From contig CBDCXR010000004.1 of NCBI GenBank assembly GCA_965223845.1, positions 864,001-928,000 of the forward strand: a stretch of 64,000 nucleotides of DNA, written 5' to 3'. The notes below the pieces were generated by a model, which was given only the letters and a program-made list of their open reading frames with translations, ran no database searches and was not told the DNA's origin. A program made the translations under genes and the position numbers. This DNA is from Planctomycetota bacterium (GTDB taxonomy: Bacteria > Planctomycetota > UBA8108 > SXIK01). Below, piece after piece: positions 9,911-20,210 of the stretch (position 1 is its first letter; each line of letters starts with the position of its first letter).

Positions 9911-12900
9911 CTACCGCACGCCGCACGGCTCGAACACCGCGCAGCTCAGTGAATCTTCCGTCGGATCCTCGCCGCACCGATCGAAGGGGGGCGGAATCGT
10001 CGCGACACCGCCTCCGAAGAGGTAACTGAGGAGCCACACGGCATCGCCGATGTTGATCCGTCCGTTGTCGTCCGCGTCTGCGGACTTGAAGCACGGCGGC
10101 TCGGTGCCGTGCGCGAAGAGGTAGACGAGGCCGTAGACGGCGTCGGAGAGATCCGTCCGGCCATCGCCATTCGAGTCACCGCGCCGGAACGTCGGTCCAG
10201 GCGGCACCTGGCACTCGTCGGGGACCGAATCACCATTCAGGTCGAGGCTCTCCGGTTTCGTCCGGTTCTCGATGAATGCGATTCCCGAGCGAGAGTCCGC
10301 CTGAAACGCGAGTGCAGCGTCCGCGAGTCCGTCGTTCTCGAAATCCGTCAGCCGGATATCTTGACCGCGCAGATCGGCGACGCGCGTAGCCGAACGAAGG
10401 GTGCCGTCGCCGTTTCCTCGGTGGAGAAGCACTCCCGCTTCGCCAGACGATAGAGCGTCGACATTCCCGTCGCCGTCGAAGTCGGCGAGCACCACGCTTT
10501 CGGGAAACGCGCTCGGGTAGCGGACGGGAGGCGCCATCTGGCCGTTCCCCTCGTTGAGGACGACGGTGAGATCGGACGACCGCTGATTGGCCGTGACGAC
10601 GTCGAGGAGACCGTTCTCGTCGACGTCCCCGATCGCTAGGCCCTGCACGCCGGATCCGACGGCGAAGTTGCGCACCGAAACGAACGAGCTCGACTCGTCG
10701 CCGAGGAAGATCGAGAGGTTGTCCGTGATTCCTTGCGAGTTCGCGCTCGCGATATCGTTTCGTCCATCTCCGTTGAAGTCGGCGATGGCCAATGCGATCG
10801 GCGTGGCCCCGGGGCGGAGAATGCGTCCCTCGGAGAAGACACCGTCGGTGTTGATCGCGAGCCGGATCGCCGACTGAATGATCAACGCGGCGTCGAGGTC
10901 GCCGTCCCCGTCGAGGTCGCCGAGCTCGATCCATTGCGCCGAATCATCGACCGGCGTCGCCTTTGCGTCTTCGAAGCGGCCGTTTCCCCGGCCACGTGCG
11001 ACGGCGAGGCCGGACTGCACCCCGAGGACGAGGTCGAGATGGCCGTCCCCGTCCACATCGCCGACGGCGTAGCGAAACACCCACTCGTTCAGGCCGATCG
11101 ACATCGCTACGGCGGGAGCGGCGTCACTCCGGCCCGTCCCGCGAAAGAAGTAGGCCGTAGCGGGATGGTCGGCGATCAGAATGAGGTCCTGGAATCCGTC
11201 CTCGTCGAAATCGCCGACGCGGAGCGGCTGCCAACCGCCCGATGGCGATTCGCGGAGAACGACTCCGCTCAGCCGCTCGCGACCGATCGGGCGCAGCATG
11301 CGTACCGACCCCGGATGCGGAAGCAGCTCGGGCGGAATTTCGTTCGGCGAAAACCCAAACCGATCGGGATTGAAGATCGCCGGCTGATCGCGATCGTAGA
11401 CGGACGCGATGACTTCGATCCCGTCCTCGCTGCCGAGAGAGCGGACATGGATCGAAGTGACCTCTCCCGAGCCGATCTCGTAGAAGCTCGGCGGCGAGAA
11501 GCGATGCTGACCGCGGTTGTAGACCACCCCGGTCGCAGCAACGAACTCTTCGGACGAAGGATCGCGGCTCCAGGTTCCTCCTACGACGATATCGAGGAGT
11601 CCGTCTTCGTTCGCATCCGCGAGGGTGACCTCTTCCGCGCCCATGCCGAGCGCGATGGTGGTGCGCTCGGTGGTGATCTTGTTGTCGACGTTCCAGAGGA
11701 CGAGAGCCGAGGGCCAGAAAGTCTCGGTCGAATAGCCGATGACGACGATGTCCAGGTCGCCGTCATCGTCGAGATCGCCGGTCGAAACTCGGCGCGGCCA
11801 GACCTCGGGCGTCGCGATGCGAACGGCCGTCCCGAACGGACCGGGGGTCGCGCCCGGACGGAGCTGCACTTCGGGATTCTCCTGAATCGCCGTGATGACG
11901 TCGAGCTTTCCATCTCCGTCGAAGTCGACCATGTCGAGGTCACGAAAGCTGAACTCGGCGTGTGGAATCGACACCGTGCGGAGGATGGACTCTCCGTCCG
12001 TGTAGAGAATCTCGATGTTCGAGGGGGGAGACTGCGATCCGAGAACGATCTCGGGGCGGCCGTCGCCATCGACATCGACCAGCTGTGACGCGCGGGTGAC
12101 GTCTTCGCGCTGCACGGACAGCGTTCGCTCGAATCGGCCGTTCCCGAGGCCACGAAGAATGTACAGATGCGCGAAACCGTTTTCGCAATAGCGCGTGCCG
12201 GTGATGACCGCGGCGTCGAGCTTGCCGTCACCGTCGAAGTCGCCAGCGTGGATGTGCTCGGCGTCGGAAAGGCTGTGGACGACTCCGCTCGCGACGAGGT
12301 TTCCCCCGGTGTTCTCCGCGAACAGAACACCTCCGGGATGCGAAGGACAACACGTGCCTCGGAGTGCGACCAACGCGTCGCTGTCACCGTCGCCGTCGAA
12401 GTCTCCGAACGCGATGTCGCTCGCCGCGGTCTCGGTCGAAAAACCGCGGGAGAACGAGAGCTCGAAGCGCGACGCGAGATCGATCGCGTCGTCGACGCCG
12501 TTTTCGTTGCAATCGGCGAGATCGTTCGCGGCGACGTCGCAGTCGTCGGGAATTCCATTCTGGTCGCGATCATTCTCGGCGAGCTCGCACGTATCGAGAA
12601 CGCCGTCCGCATTGCAGTCGGTTTCTCGACCCTCGTTGAGATCGCAGTCGTCGGGAATCCCATTGCCGTTACAGTCGAGCTCGCACGAATCGAGGACTCC
12701 ATTCGAATTGCAGTCCTCGCCGTCTGCGAGCTGGCATGCGTCGAGGCGACCGTCGCCGTCGCAGTCGTCGAATTCGAGCTCGCATTCGTCGGGGATTCCG
12801 TTCGCGTTGCAGTCCTTGCTCGCTCGCACGCGTTGCTGAAAGTCGACGCGCACCTGACTCGAATCCATGCCGAGACCCGCGAGATCCGGCACACCGTCGC

Positions 12901-14095
12901 CGTTGAAATCCGCCAGGCCGCCGAAGCTCGTTTGCACCGGAGTGCGTGCCTCGCTGACGCGTCCGAACTGACGCCCGCCGAGGTTTTCTGCCGTCCAGAC
13001 GACGCCATCGAGATAACAGATTCGGCCGGGGTTCGCGCCGCCGACCTCCGGAAGTCCGTCGCCGTTCATGTCGTGAACGAAAAGACTCGCCGCGTACGCG
13101 TCTTCGAGAGGAAACCGCGTTTCTTCCGTTTCGAACGTCCCGTTGCCGCGACCCCAGTGCACGGCTACGGACTGCCCGCGGGGATCGGGGGCGAGCAGAT
13201 CGAGCGCTCCGTCGCCGTCGACGTCGGCACCCACCAGGGCGAACACGTTTGCTCCGCGTAGCGTGATGCTGCCCTCGACATCGAAGATGCCTTCGCCGTT
13301 GTTCTTTCGGAGTATGGCGCGCTCGGACCGATCGGCGCCAGTCACTACGTCGACATCGCCGTCGCCGTCGAAATCACCGACCGCGGACGCGACTCCGGAA
13401 CTCCGCCCTTGAAGCGATCGAGTGTCGAGGAGGCTGAAGTCTCCTTCGCCGTCGCCCGCGAATGCCCACAAGGTCGTCGACCCTCGTAAGTGCCCGGTGA
13501 CGACGAGATCGAGGCCAGGCTGACCGTTCAATTCGGCGAAGTGGACCGTGAGCGGAGCCGCGCCGATGCCGGAAAGGAGGGTGCGAGCGCGCGTCAGTTC
13601 GGCGCCCGCATCCGAGCGGAGGACGGTGACGCCGGTGCCGAAGATCACGGTTGCCAGATCAGGGTCGCCGTCATTGTCGAAGTCGCCGGAGCTCGACGGC
13701 CCGGCGCGGCCGAAGGCGACCGGAGAAATCAATGCGCGGTGGTGCTCGGTGAACGATCCGTCACCTTTTCCCCGAAGGACGATCGCGCGCACGCCGGTCG
13801 CGTCGCTCGAGGTCGCGACGACGTCCGTCTTACCGTCGACATCGAGGTCGACGGCGTAGGCAGCGTGGAAGAACTGACTGCCTTGGGTGAACACCGACTC
13901 TGAGAACTCGGGCTCGTACGCCGCAAGATCGCAGCTGTCGGGGATTCCGTTGCCATTGCAATCCGGCAGCTGCTCGGCCGCGTCATCGACCCCGTTTTCG
14001 TTGCAGTCGGCCGCTTGGGCGTGGCCCGGAGCGAGGAGGAGAACGGCGGCGAAGGCGACGATCGGCGGAACGAGGGCTCGACGGGTCATTCTCAT
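9911..14095 (-). CDS. Large secreted FG-GAP repeat protein with DCNxNGxxDxC repeats and C-terminal dockerin-like domain (paralog A)
   Basis: Start trimmed to MRMTRR (GAGG RBS, matches paralog B); signal peptide; many GDxDGDGxxD repeats; C-terminal FRRGDSNGDGRTDLSDA...ADADDNGRINIGDA. Confidence 0.88.
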   Translation of the reverse strand: MRMTRRALVPPIVAFAAVLLLAPGHAQAADCNENGVDDAAEQLPDCNGNGIPDSCDLAAYEPEFSESVFTQGSQFFHAAYAVDLDVDGKTDVVATSSDATGVRAIVLRGKGDGSFTEHHRALISPVAFGRAGPSSSGDFDNDGDPDLATVIFGTGVTVLRSDAGAELTRARTLLSGIGAAPLTVHFAELNGQPGLDLVVTGHLRGSTTLWAFAGDGEGDFSLLDTRSLQGRSSGVASAVGDFDGDGDVDVVTGADRSERAILRKNNGEGIFDVEGSITLRGANVFALVGADVDGDGALDLLAPDPRGQSVAVHWGRGNGTFETEETRFPLEDAYAASLFVHDMNGDGLPEVGGANPGRICYLDGVVWTAENLGGRQFGRVSEARTPVQTSFGGLADFNGDGVPDLAGLGMDSSQVRVDFQQRVRASKDCNANGIPDECELEFDDCDGDGRLDACQLADGEDCNSNGVLDSCELDCNGNGIPDDCDLNEGRETDCNADGVLDTCELAENDRDQNGIPDDCDVAANDLADCNENGVDDAIDLASRFELSFSRGFSTETAASDIAFGDFDGDGDSDALVALRGTCCPSHPGGVLFAENTGGNLVASGVVHSLSDAEHIHAGDFDGDGKLDAAVITGTRYCENGFAHLYILRGLGNGRFERTLSVQREDVTRASQLVDVDGDGRPEIVLGSQSPPSNIEILYTDGESILRTVSIPHAEFSFRDLDMVDFDGDGKLDVITAIQENPEVQLRPGATPGPFGTAVRIATPEVWPRRVSTGDLDDDGDLDIVVIGYSTETFWPSALVLWNVDNKITTERTTIALGMGAEEVTLADANEDGLLDIVVGGTWSRDPSSEEFVAATGVVYNRGQHRFSPPSFYEIGSGEVTSIHVRSLGSEDGIEVIASVYDRDQPAIFNPDRFGFSPNEIPPELLPHPGSVRMLRPIGRERLSGVVLRESPSGGWQPLRVGDFDEDGFQDLILIADHPATAYFFRGTGRSDAAPAVAMSIGLNEWVFRYAVGDVDGDGHLDLVLGVQSGLAVARGRGNGRFEDAKATPVDDSAQWIELGDLDGDGDLDAALIIQSAIRLAINTDGVFSEGRILRPGATPIALAIADFNGDGRNDIASANSQGITDNLSIFLGDESSSFVSVRNFAVGSGVQGLAIGDVDENGLLDVVTANQRSSDLTVVLNEGNGQMAPPVRYPSAFPESVVLADFDGDGNVDALSSGEAGVLLHRGNGDGTLRSATRVADLRGQDIRLTDFENDGLADAALAFQADSRSGIAFIENRTKPESLDLNGDSVPDECQVPPGPTFRRGDSNGDGRTDLSDAVYGLVYLFAHGTEPPCFKSADADDNGRINIGDAVWLLSYLFGGGVATIPPPFDRCGEDPTEDSLSCAVFEPCGVR
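12470..12820 (-). repeat. Intragenic block of 7 Cys/Asp-rich DCNxNGxxDxC repeats (paralog A)
   Basis: DCNANGIPDEC, DCDGDGRLDAC, DCNSNGVLDSC, DCNGNGIPDDC, DCNADGVLDTC, DRDQNGIPDDC, DCNENGVDD; coordinates approximate. Confidence 0.8.
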
Positions 14096-14180
14096 ACCTC
14101 TAGATGGTGCGGGAGGGGGCTCTACCCTGACAAGCAGAACTCGCGCGTCGAAATAACGGCAAAACTCCGTCCCACGCCGG
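14093..14180 (-). promoter_or_regulatory. Leader conserved between paralogs A and B (copy A)
   Basis: + strand words AGATGGTGCGGGAG (14102), ACAAGCAGAAC (14130), AACGGC (14155) and CACGCC (14173) recur upstream of paralog B at nearly identical spacing. Confidence 0.6.
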
Positions 14181-14503
14181 CCGCGCTTCGGCGGCGGGAG
14201 GGCCACGAACCTCTGCCTACCTTCGAGGTCCCGGGCGGGCACGGGGGGATGGCACGGTGAGCCAGGAAGAGACCGCACGTCTCGGCTCGGCGCAGGATTC
14301 CGGCCTCGGCCAGGAACGGTTCCTCTCGGACGGCCCTCGCCGTCGCGAACCTTCGCCGATGGCTCTTGAATCGCCGCGAGTTCGCGTCGCCGCGCCGGCC
14401 GAGCTGCCTCCGCCCCCCGACTCCGAACCATGTCCCACGGCGGCGACGAACGAGGCGCGGTCGGCGGTCTTGGTCGCCGACTCTTTATCGCTTCCGGGTC
14501 GAT

Positions 14504-17500
14504 CTACCGCGCGCCGCACGGCGCGAACATCGCGCAATCGAGTCGGTCTTCGGTCGGATCCGACCCGCAATCGTTAAAGGGTGGGGGGATCTCCGCCACG
14601 CCGCCGCCGAAGAGGTAGCCGAGGAGCCAGGTCGCGTCGCCGATGTTGAGCCGACCGTTGTCGTCCGCGTCCGCCGCCTTCGTGCAGGGAGGGGGATCCC
14701 CTCGTGCGAACAGGTACACGAGACCGAAAACCGCGTCCGATAGGTCCGTCCGGCCGTCTGCGTTCGCGTCTCCGCGCAGAAACCGCGGCTCGGCGGGGGC
14801 TTGACACTCGTCGGGGATCCCGTCGTCGTTTCGGTCGAGGCTCGTGCTTCCGGTCCGATTCTCGACGAACGCGATCCCGACGCGCGTGTCGGCCCAGAAC
14901 GGAAGGATCGCGTCCGGCAATCCGTCGTTTTGGAAGTCGGTGATGATGAGATCCTGCCCATCGAGATCGGCGAGCCGTTTCGTCGGGAGAAAGCTGCCAT
15001 CGCCGAGCCCGAGATGGATCGCGAGACCGAACTCACCGTTCGAGAGAGCGTCGAGATCGCCGTCCCCGTCGAAGTCTGCCAGCGCCACTCGGTACGGGTA
15101 CGCCGCCGGGAGGAACATCGGGGGAGTCATAGCGCGGTCTCCGCGGTTGAAGATCACCGCGAGGTTGGACGAGCGGAAGTTGGCCGTAACGGCGTCGAGG
15201 AGACCATCGCCGTCGACGTCGCCCACCGCGAGCGATGAGGCTCCCGAACCGACCGCGAAGCTGCGTACCGATGCAAACGCGCCTTCTGCATCGCCGAAAA
15301 AGATCGATAGGTTGTCGGCGGCCCCTTGGGAATTCACGCTCACGATGTCGTTCCGGCCGTCCGCATCGAGGTCGTGGATCTCCACCCGCGCGGGAGTCGC
15401 TCCGGGTCGCAGGATTCGACCCGCCGAGAAAATGCCTTCGCCGTCGTTGATCGCGATGCGGAGTGCGGCAGCGACGGTCAAGACTGCGTCGATGTCGCCG
15501 TCGGCGTCGAGGTCGCCGAGCACAGCGGCCGTGCTCGCGTCGTCGATGCCGGTGGGCTGCGCCGGATCGAATCGACCGCCGGCGCGTCCGTGCGACACCA
15601 TCAGTCCCGATCGGGTCGCGAAGGCGAGGTCGAGCTGGCCGTCGGCGTTCACGTCACCGGTGTCGAATTGGGGAACGAAGAGCGCCAGTCCCGTCGGAGA
15701 AGAAAGCGGTGAGGCGAACTCGCTCCGACCCGTTCCGCGGAAGAAATGGATCTCTGCCGGCTGATCGGCGACGAGAACGAAATCCGCGATTCCGTCGCGG
15801 TCGAAGTCCCTCGATCGAATCGCCTGCCAGCCGTTCGCGGGGGACGCTCGGAGTACCAGTCCTCCGAGCTTTTCGCGGCCGACCGGACGAAGGACGCGAA
15901 CGGCACCTGGATGCGGGAGAAGATCCTCCGGCAACTCGGGATCGAAGCGCGAAGGATCGAACGCGCCCCAGTAATCCGGATCGTAGACCGCCGCGACCAT
16001 CGCGGACGAACCTGAACCGTCGAGGTCGATCGCTCGCACTGCGCTGACCGAACCTGCGCCCAGCTCGTACTGAGCCGCCGGAGCGAAGCGCCGGTGACCG
16101 CGGTTGTAGCTGATGGTCGCGGCCGCAACAAAATCCTCCGAGGAAGGATTGTGACTCCACGTCCCGGCGGTGATGACGTCGAGGAGACCGTCGCGATTGA
16201 GGTCGCCGAGGGAGAGTCGCTCGGCGCCGGACTCGTGAATGATCTCGGTCCTTCGGGCGGCAACTCTTCCGTCCTCGTTCCACAAGATGAAGATGCCCGT
16301 CGCGGAGTGGCGGTTCGTCGACCGACCGAGAACGACGAGGTCGACGTCACCATCGTCGTCGAGATCGCCCGCCGCGATGTCCCGAAGCCAATTCTCTGGA
16401 ACGGAGACGCGGACGACGGGCCCGAACGAGCCGTTCTCGGTTCCCGGGAGGATTTGAACCTCGGAGGCGGGGTTCATCGCCAGCATCAGATCCGGCCGAT
16501 CGTCCCCGGTGAAGTCCGCGATCGTAAACGCCCAGAGGTCGCCTTCGTACGGGATGGACTTCGACTCGAGAACTTCGTTCCCGTTCGTGAACAGAATCTC
16601 GACTGCGGTCGCGGAGCGATCAAAGCTGAGCACGATCTCAGGCGTTCCGTCGCCATCGATGTCGGTCAATTCTGAGTCGCGGATGGGTCGCTCACGCGGT
16701 GACGAGAGCGACGCCTCGAATCGTCCGTCTCCGAGACCGCGCACGATGTGAACTCCCCAGTTCTCGCTCTCGCATTCTGGGTCGCCGGAGACTACAACCG
16801 CGTCGAGTAGTCCGTCGCCGTTCAATTCGCCGACGTGAACTCTACTCGCTTTGTCGAGATGCTGAACGACTCCGCTCTCGACGAGCATCCCACGCGAGTT
16901 TTCGACGAAGATGAGACTTCCGTTCGCGCTCGGACAGCACGCCCCGTGAGACGCGACGAGGACGTCCGTGTCACCGTCGCCATCGAAGTCGCCGAAGCCG
17001 AGATCCGTCGCGGCCGTGCGGGTGAAAAATCCGCTCGTCGACGACATGCCGAATCGTCGCGCGAGATCGACGGCGTCGTCGACTCCGTTCCCGTTGCAGT
17101 CGGCGAGGTCGTCCGCCGCGAGGTCGCAGTCGTCGGGAATCCCATTCTGATTGCGGTCGTTCTCGGCCAGCTCACAAGAGTCGAGCACGCCGTCTGAATT
17201 GCAGTCGTTATCCGTCCCCGCGACGAGGTCGCAGTCGTCCGGAACGCCGTTTCCGTTGCAGTCGGGCTCGCAGCGATCGAGAATCCCGTTCGCGTTGCAA
17301 TCACCGTCGCCCTCGATCTCGCACTCGTCGAGAACACCGTTTCGGTCGCAGTCGTCGAACTCGAGTTCGCACTCGTCCGGGACGTCGTTCGCGTTGCAGT
17401 CGGAGCTCGCGGGCACGCGACGATGGAGGTCGACGCGAATTTCGCCGGTCTCGCCGTTCACCCCGACGACGTCGGGCAGACCGTCGCCGCTGAAGTCCCC

Positions 17501-18676
17501 GATGCCACCGAACAACGACTGGCCGGCGGTTCGTGCTTCGAAGACTCGACCGAGCTCGCGGTTCCCCGTGTTCTCGATCGTCCAAACGAAGCCGTCGAGG
17601 TAGCAGCTCCGTCCGGGATTGGCCCCGCCGATATCGAGCCGTCCGTCCGCGTTCATATCGTGGACGAAGAACGACGCGACGTACGATTCCGGGATCGCGA
17701 CCGGGTCTCCCGTAGCGTCAAAGGTTCCGTTGCCGCGGCCCCAGGCGACGGCGATCGCCCGTCCGCTCGAGTCGGTAGCGACGAGATCCTCGATTCCGTC
17801 CGCATCGAGATCGGCGCTGCGGAGCGCGCCGGTGTTCAGCCCCGGCAGGGCGAGGTTCGCTTGTTCGCTGAAGCCCCCGGCTCCGTCGTTCTTGACGAGT
17901 CGCGCGACTCCGGTCGTGCTGACGATGACGTCGACGTCTCCATCCTCGTCGAAGTCTCCGGTGATCGATCCGACCACGTTTCTCGTCCCGGGAAGAGGGT
18001 GAGTGCCGAGAACACTGAATTCCCCTTCACCGTCTCCGGAGAAGATCCAGATCGTCGCGCGGCCGGCCGCCATTCCGATCCCGATCAGATCGATGCCGGG
18101 CTCGCCGTCGACGCTGGCCGCGTGAGCCGCGACCGGCACTCCGCCGTCGGGGGGGCGCAGTGATTGGGCGAGCGCCAACTCGCCGTTTCCTTCATTCCGA
18201 ACCACCGCGATCTCCGACCCGATGATCGTGATCGCGAGGTCCGGGTCCGCATCCCCGTCGAAGTCCGCCGCGGTGGGCGTTCCGGCGCGGCCGAAGCCGA
18301 GCGTGGCGATGAGGGCGCGGTGGTGCTCCGTCAACGATCCGTCGCCGCGCCCGCGAAGAACTACCGTGCGGACGCCGGTCAGGTCCGTGGTCGTCGCGAC
18401 TACGTCGAGCTTCCCGTCTCCGTCGAGCTCGATCGCGAACGCCGACTGGAACGTCTGCCGGCCAGCCGTAAGCACCGATTCGGGAAACTCGGGTCGCGAA
18501 CTCGCGAGGTCGCAGTCGTCAGGAATGCCGTTTCCGTTGCAGTCGGGAAGGCCTTCGGTATCGTCGTCGACACCGTTCTCGTTGCAGTCGGCGGCGAGGG
18601 CGAGGCCGCCGAGAACGAGCGCGGCGGAGACGAGGCCGAAGACGCGTCGGTCGATGGGGCGGCGAGTCATTCTCAT
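14504..18676 (-). CDS. Large secreted FG-GAP repeat protein with DCNxNGxxDxC repeats and C-terminal dockerin-like domain (paralog B)
   Basis: Colinear with paralog A along its whole length (e.g. GGANPGRxCYLDG, CCPS, LLPHPG, CGxDPTED). Confidence 0.9.
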   Translation of the reverse strand: MRMTRRPIDRRVFGLVSAALVLGGLALAADCNENGVDDDTEGLPDCNGNGIPDDCDLASSRPEFPESVLTAGRQTFQSAFAIELDGDGKLDVVATTTDLTGVRTVVLRGRGDGSLTEHHRALIATLGFGRAGTPTAADFDGDADPDLAITIIGSEIAVVRNEGNGELALAQSLRPPDGGVPVAAHAASVDGEPGIDLIGIGMAAGRATIWIFSGDGEGEFSVLGTHPLPGTRNVVGSITGDFDEDGDVDVIVSTTGVARLVKNDGAGGFSEQANLALPGLNTGALRSADLDADGIEDLVATDSSGRAIAVAWGRGNGTFDATGDPVAIPESYVASFFVHDMNADGRLDIGGANPGRSCYLDGFVWTIENTGNRELGRVFEARTAGQSLFGGIGDFSGDGLPDVVGVNGETGEIRVDLHRRVPASSDCNANDVPDECELEFDDCDRNGVLDECEIEGDGDCNANGILDRCEPDCNGNGVPDDCDLVAGTDNDCNSDGVLDSCELAENDRNQNGIPDDCDLAADDLADCNGNGVDDAVDLARRFGMSSTSGFFTRTAATDLGFGDFDGDGDTDVLVASHGACCPSANGSLIFVENSRGMLVESGVVQHLDKASRVHVGELNGDGLLDAVVVSGDPECESENWGVHIVRGLGDGRFEASLSSPRERPIRDSELTDIDGDGTPEIVLSFDRSATAVEILFTNGNEVLESKSIPYEGDLWAFTIADFTGDDRPDLMLAMNPASEVQILPGTENGSFGPVVRVSVPENWLRDIAAGDLDDDGDVDLVVLGRSTNRHSATGIFILWNEDGRVAARRTEIIHESGAERLSLGDLNRDGLLDVITAGTWSHNPSSEDFVAAATISYNRGHRRFAPAAQYELGAGSVSAVRAIDLDGSGSSAMVAAVYDPDYWGAFDPSRFDPELPEDLLPHPGAVRVLRPVGREKLGGLVLRASPANGWQAIRSRDFDRDGIADFVLVADQPAEIHFFRGTGRSEFASPLSSPTGLALFVPQFDTGDVNADGQLDLAFATRSGLMVSHGRAGGRFDPAQPTGIDDASTAAVLGDLDADGDIDAVLTVAAALRIAINDGEGIFSAGRILRPGATPARVEIHDLDADGRNDIVSVNSQGAADNLSIFFGDAEGAFASVRSFAVGSGASSLAVGDVDGDGLLDAVTANFRSSNLAVIFNRGDRAMTPPMFLPAAYPYRVALADFDGDGDLDALSNGEFGLAIHLGLGDGSFLPTKRLADLDGQDLIITDFQNDGLPDAILPFWADTRVGIAFVENRTGSTSLDRNDDGIPDECQAPAEPRFLRGDANADGRTDLSDAVFGLVYLFARGDPPPCTKAADADDNGRLNIGDATWLLGYLFGGGVAEIPPPFNDCGSDPTEDRLDCAMFAPCGAR
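17060..17405 (-). repeat. Intragenic block of 7 Cys/Asp-rich DCNxNGxxDxC repeats (paralog B)
   Basis: DCNANDVPDEC through DCNGNGVDD; same count as paralog A; coordinates approximate. Confidence 0.8.
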
Positions 18677-18760
18677 TCCTCAGATGGTGCGGGAGAGCCC
18701 CTATTCCAACAAGCAGAACCCGAGGGAAGAACGAACGGCGGAATGTCGAGTTTCACGCCA
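18674..18760 (-). promoter_or_regulatory. Leader conserved between paralogs A and B (copy B)
   Basis: AGATGGTGCGGGAG (18682), ACAAGCAGAAC (18709), AACGGC (18734), CACGCC (18754). Confidence 0.6.
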
Positions 18761-18879
18761 AGATCGACCCATTCGCCGCGGCAGCGGTTCGCTCGTCCTC
18801 GTCGGCGATATCGCGGGTGTCGAGGCGAACGTTTTGCTACTCTGGGTTGATCTCGAACGAGGGCTTCACGGAGCGTTTT

Positions 18880-20103
18880 ATGGACGGTGACACAGACTTG
18901 AAACGACGACTGGCCGGCGGCCGCCGATTCGCGGTCGCGGCGCTCGCGATCGGTTGCGCCCTCGGCGGCGCTGCGCACCTGGCGGCAGCGCCCGCCGGGG
19001 ACAGCGACGCGATCGGTGGACCCGCGAGGGAGGGCGCGATGCGCATCTACATCGGGACGTATACCGGGGGCAAAAGCGAGGGCATCTACTCCGCTCGATT
19101 CGACCGCGGGACGGGTGAGCTCTCCGGTCTCGAGCTCGTCGCGAAGGCGAAGAACCCGTCATTCCTCGCGCTTCACCCCTCGAAGCCGTTCGTCTACGCA
19201 GTGAATGAACTCGGCTCGTTCGAAGGAGCGAAATCCGGCGCCGTCAGTGCGTTTGCGCGTCGACCCGATGGCCGACTCGAGTTTCTGAACCAGAAGGCGT
19301 CGAGCGGTGGCGCGCCGTGTCACATCGTGACGGACTCGGCCGGAACTCACGTCCTCGTCGCGAACTACACCGGCGGAAACGTCGCGGTGATCGGCATCGA
19401 GGGCGACGGTCGCCTCGGCGAGACGACGTCGGTGAAGAATCACAAGGGCTCGAGCAAGAATCCCGATCGGCAGGAAGGCCCACACGCCCACTCGATTCAC
19501 CTCGACGCCGCCGGTCGGTTCGCGTTCGCCGCAGACCTCGGTCTCGATCAAGTCCTCGTCTATCGTTTCGGTGGCGCCGACGGTTCGCTCGCACCGCACG
19601 ATCCGCCGTTCGCGCGCGTGATGCCGGGCGCGGGTCCGAGACACTTCGCGTTCCATCCGACGTCATCCTACGCCTACGTCATCAATGAGCTCGGCAACAC
19701 GGTGACGGCTTTTCGTTACAACGCGGAACTCGGCACCCTCGAGACAATCCACAGCATCTCGACGCTGCCGCGCGAGTTCAGCGGCACGAGCTACACCGCC
19801 GAAGTGCTCGTCCATCCCTCCGGCAAGTTTCTCTACGGATCGAATCGCGGCCATGACAGCATCGCCGTCTTCGCGATCGATTCGCCGACGGGACGTCTCA
19901 GCGCGCTCGAGCACGAGCCGACGGGCGGGAAGACGCCCCGCAATTTTGGCATCGATCCGGCCGGGAATTTCCTCCTCGCCGCGAATCAAGCGTCGGATTC
20001 GATCGTCGTCTTTCGCATCGACGCGGAGACCGGGAAGCTCGAGCCGACGGGTCACCGGCTCGATGTTCCGACTCCCGTCTGCGTGAAGTTTATCGCCGAG
20101 TGA
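18880..20103 (+). CDS. pgl: Lactonase family 7-bladed beta-propeller (6-phosphogluconolactonase YbhE/YkgB-like), exported
   Basis: YIGTYT, NPSFL, GAPCH, VANY, QEGPHAH, ADLGLD, GPRH, SNRGHDSI and PRNF motifs; N-terminal signal-like segment. Confidence 0.88.
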   Translation: MDGDTDLKRRLAGGRRFAVAALAIGCALGGAAHLAAAPAGDSDAIGGPAREGAMRIYIGTYTGGKSEGIYSARFDRGTGELSGLELVAKAKNPSFLALHPSKPFVYAVNELGSFEGAKSGAVSAFARRPDGRLEFLNQKASSGGAPCHIVTDSAGTHVLVANYTGGNVAVIGIEGDGRLGETTSVKNHKGSSKNPDRQEGPHAHSIHLDAAGRFAFAADLGLDQVLVYRFGGADGSLAPHDPPFARVMPGAGPRHFAFHPTSSYAYVINELGNTVTAFRYNAELGTLETIHSISTLPREFSGTSYTAEVLVHPSGKFLYGSNRGHDSIAVFAIDSPTGRLSALEHEPTGGKTPRNFGIDPAGNFLLAANQASDSIVVFRIDAETGKLEPTGHRLDVPTPVCVKFIAE

Positions 20104-20210
20104 CTCCGCCCGCAGGTGTCCCGAAGAAACGCGCCGCGCGGAACCTTCACCGCCGTCAATTCGTTTCTCGCGTAGAGAATAGTCGCACTCAGAAGAACGA
20201 AAGGACAAAC

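Noticed and set aside
12470-17405. Repeated DNA words as a possible CRISPR array or mobile repeat
   Set aside because: The repeats are degenerate, in frame and encode DCNxNG/FG-GAP motifs; there is no constant repeat-spacer structure and no cas gene.
9911-18676. FG-GAP/dockerin proteins as substrates of the SecA-paralog system
   Set aside because: Both have ordinary Sec-type signal peptides and lie more than 13 kb away; proximity alone is not evidence.
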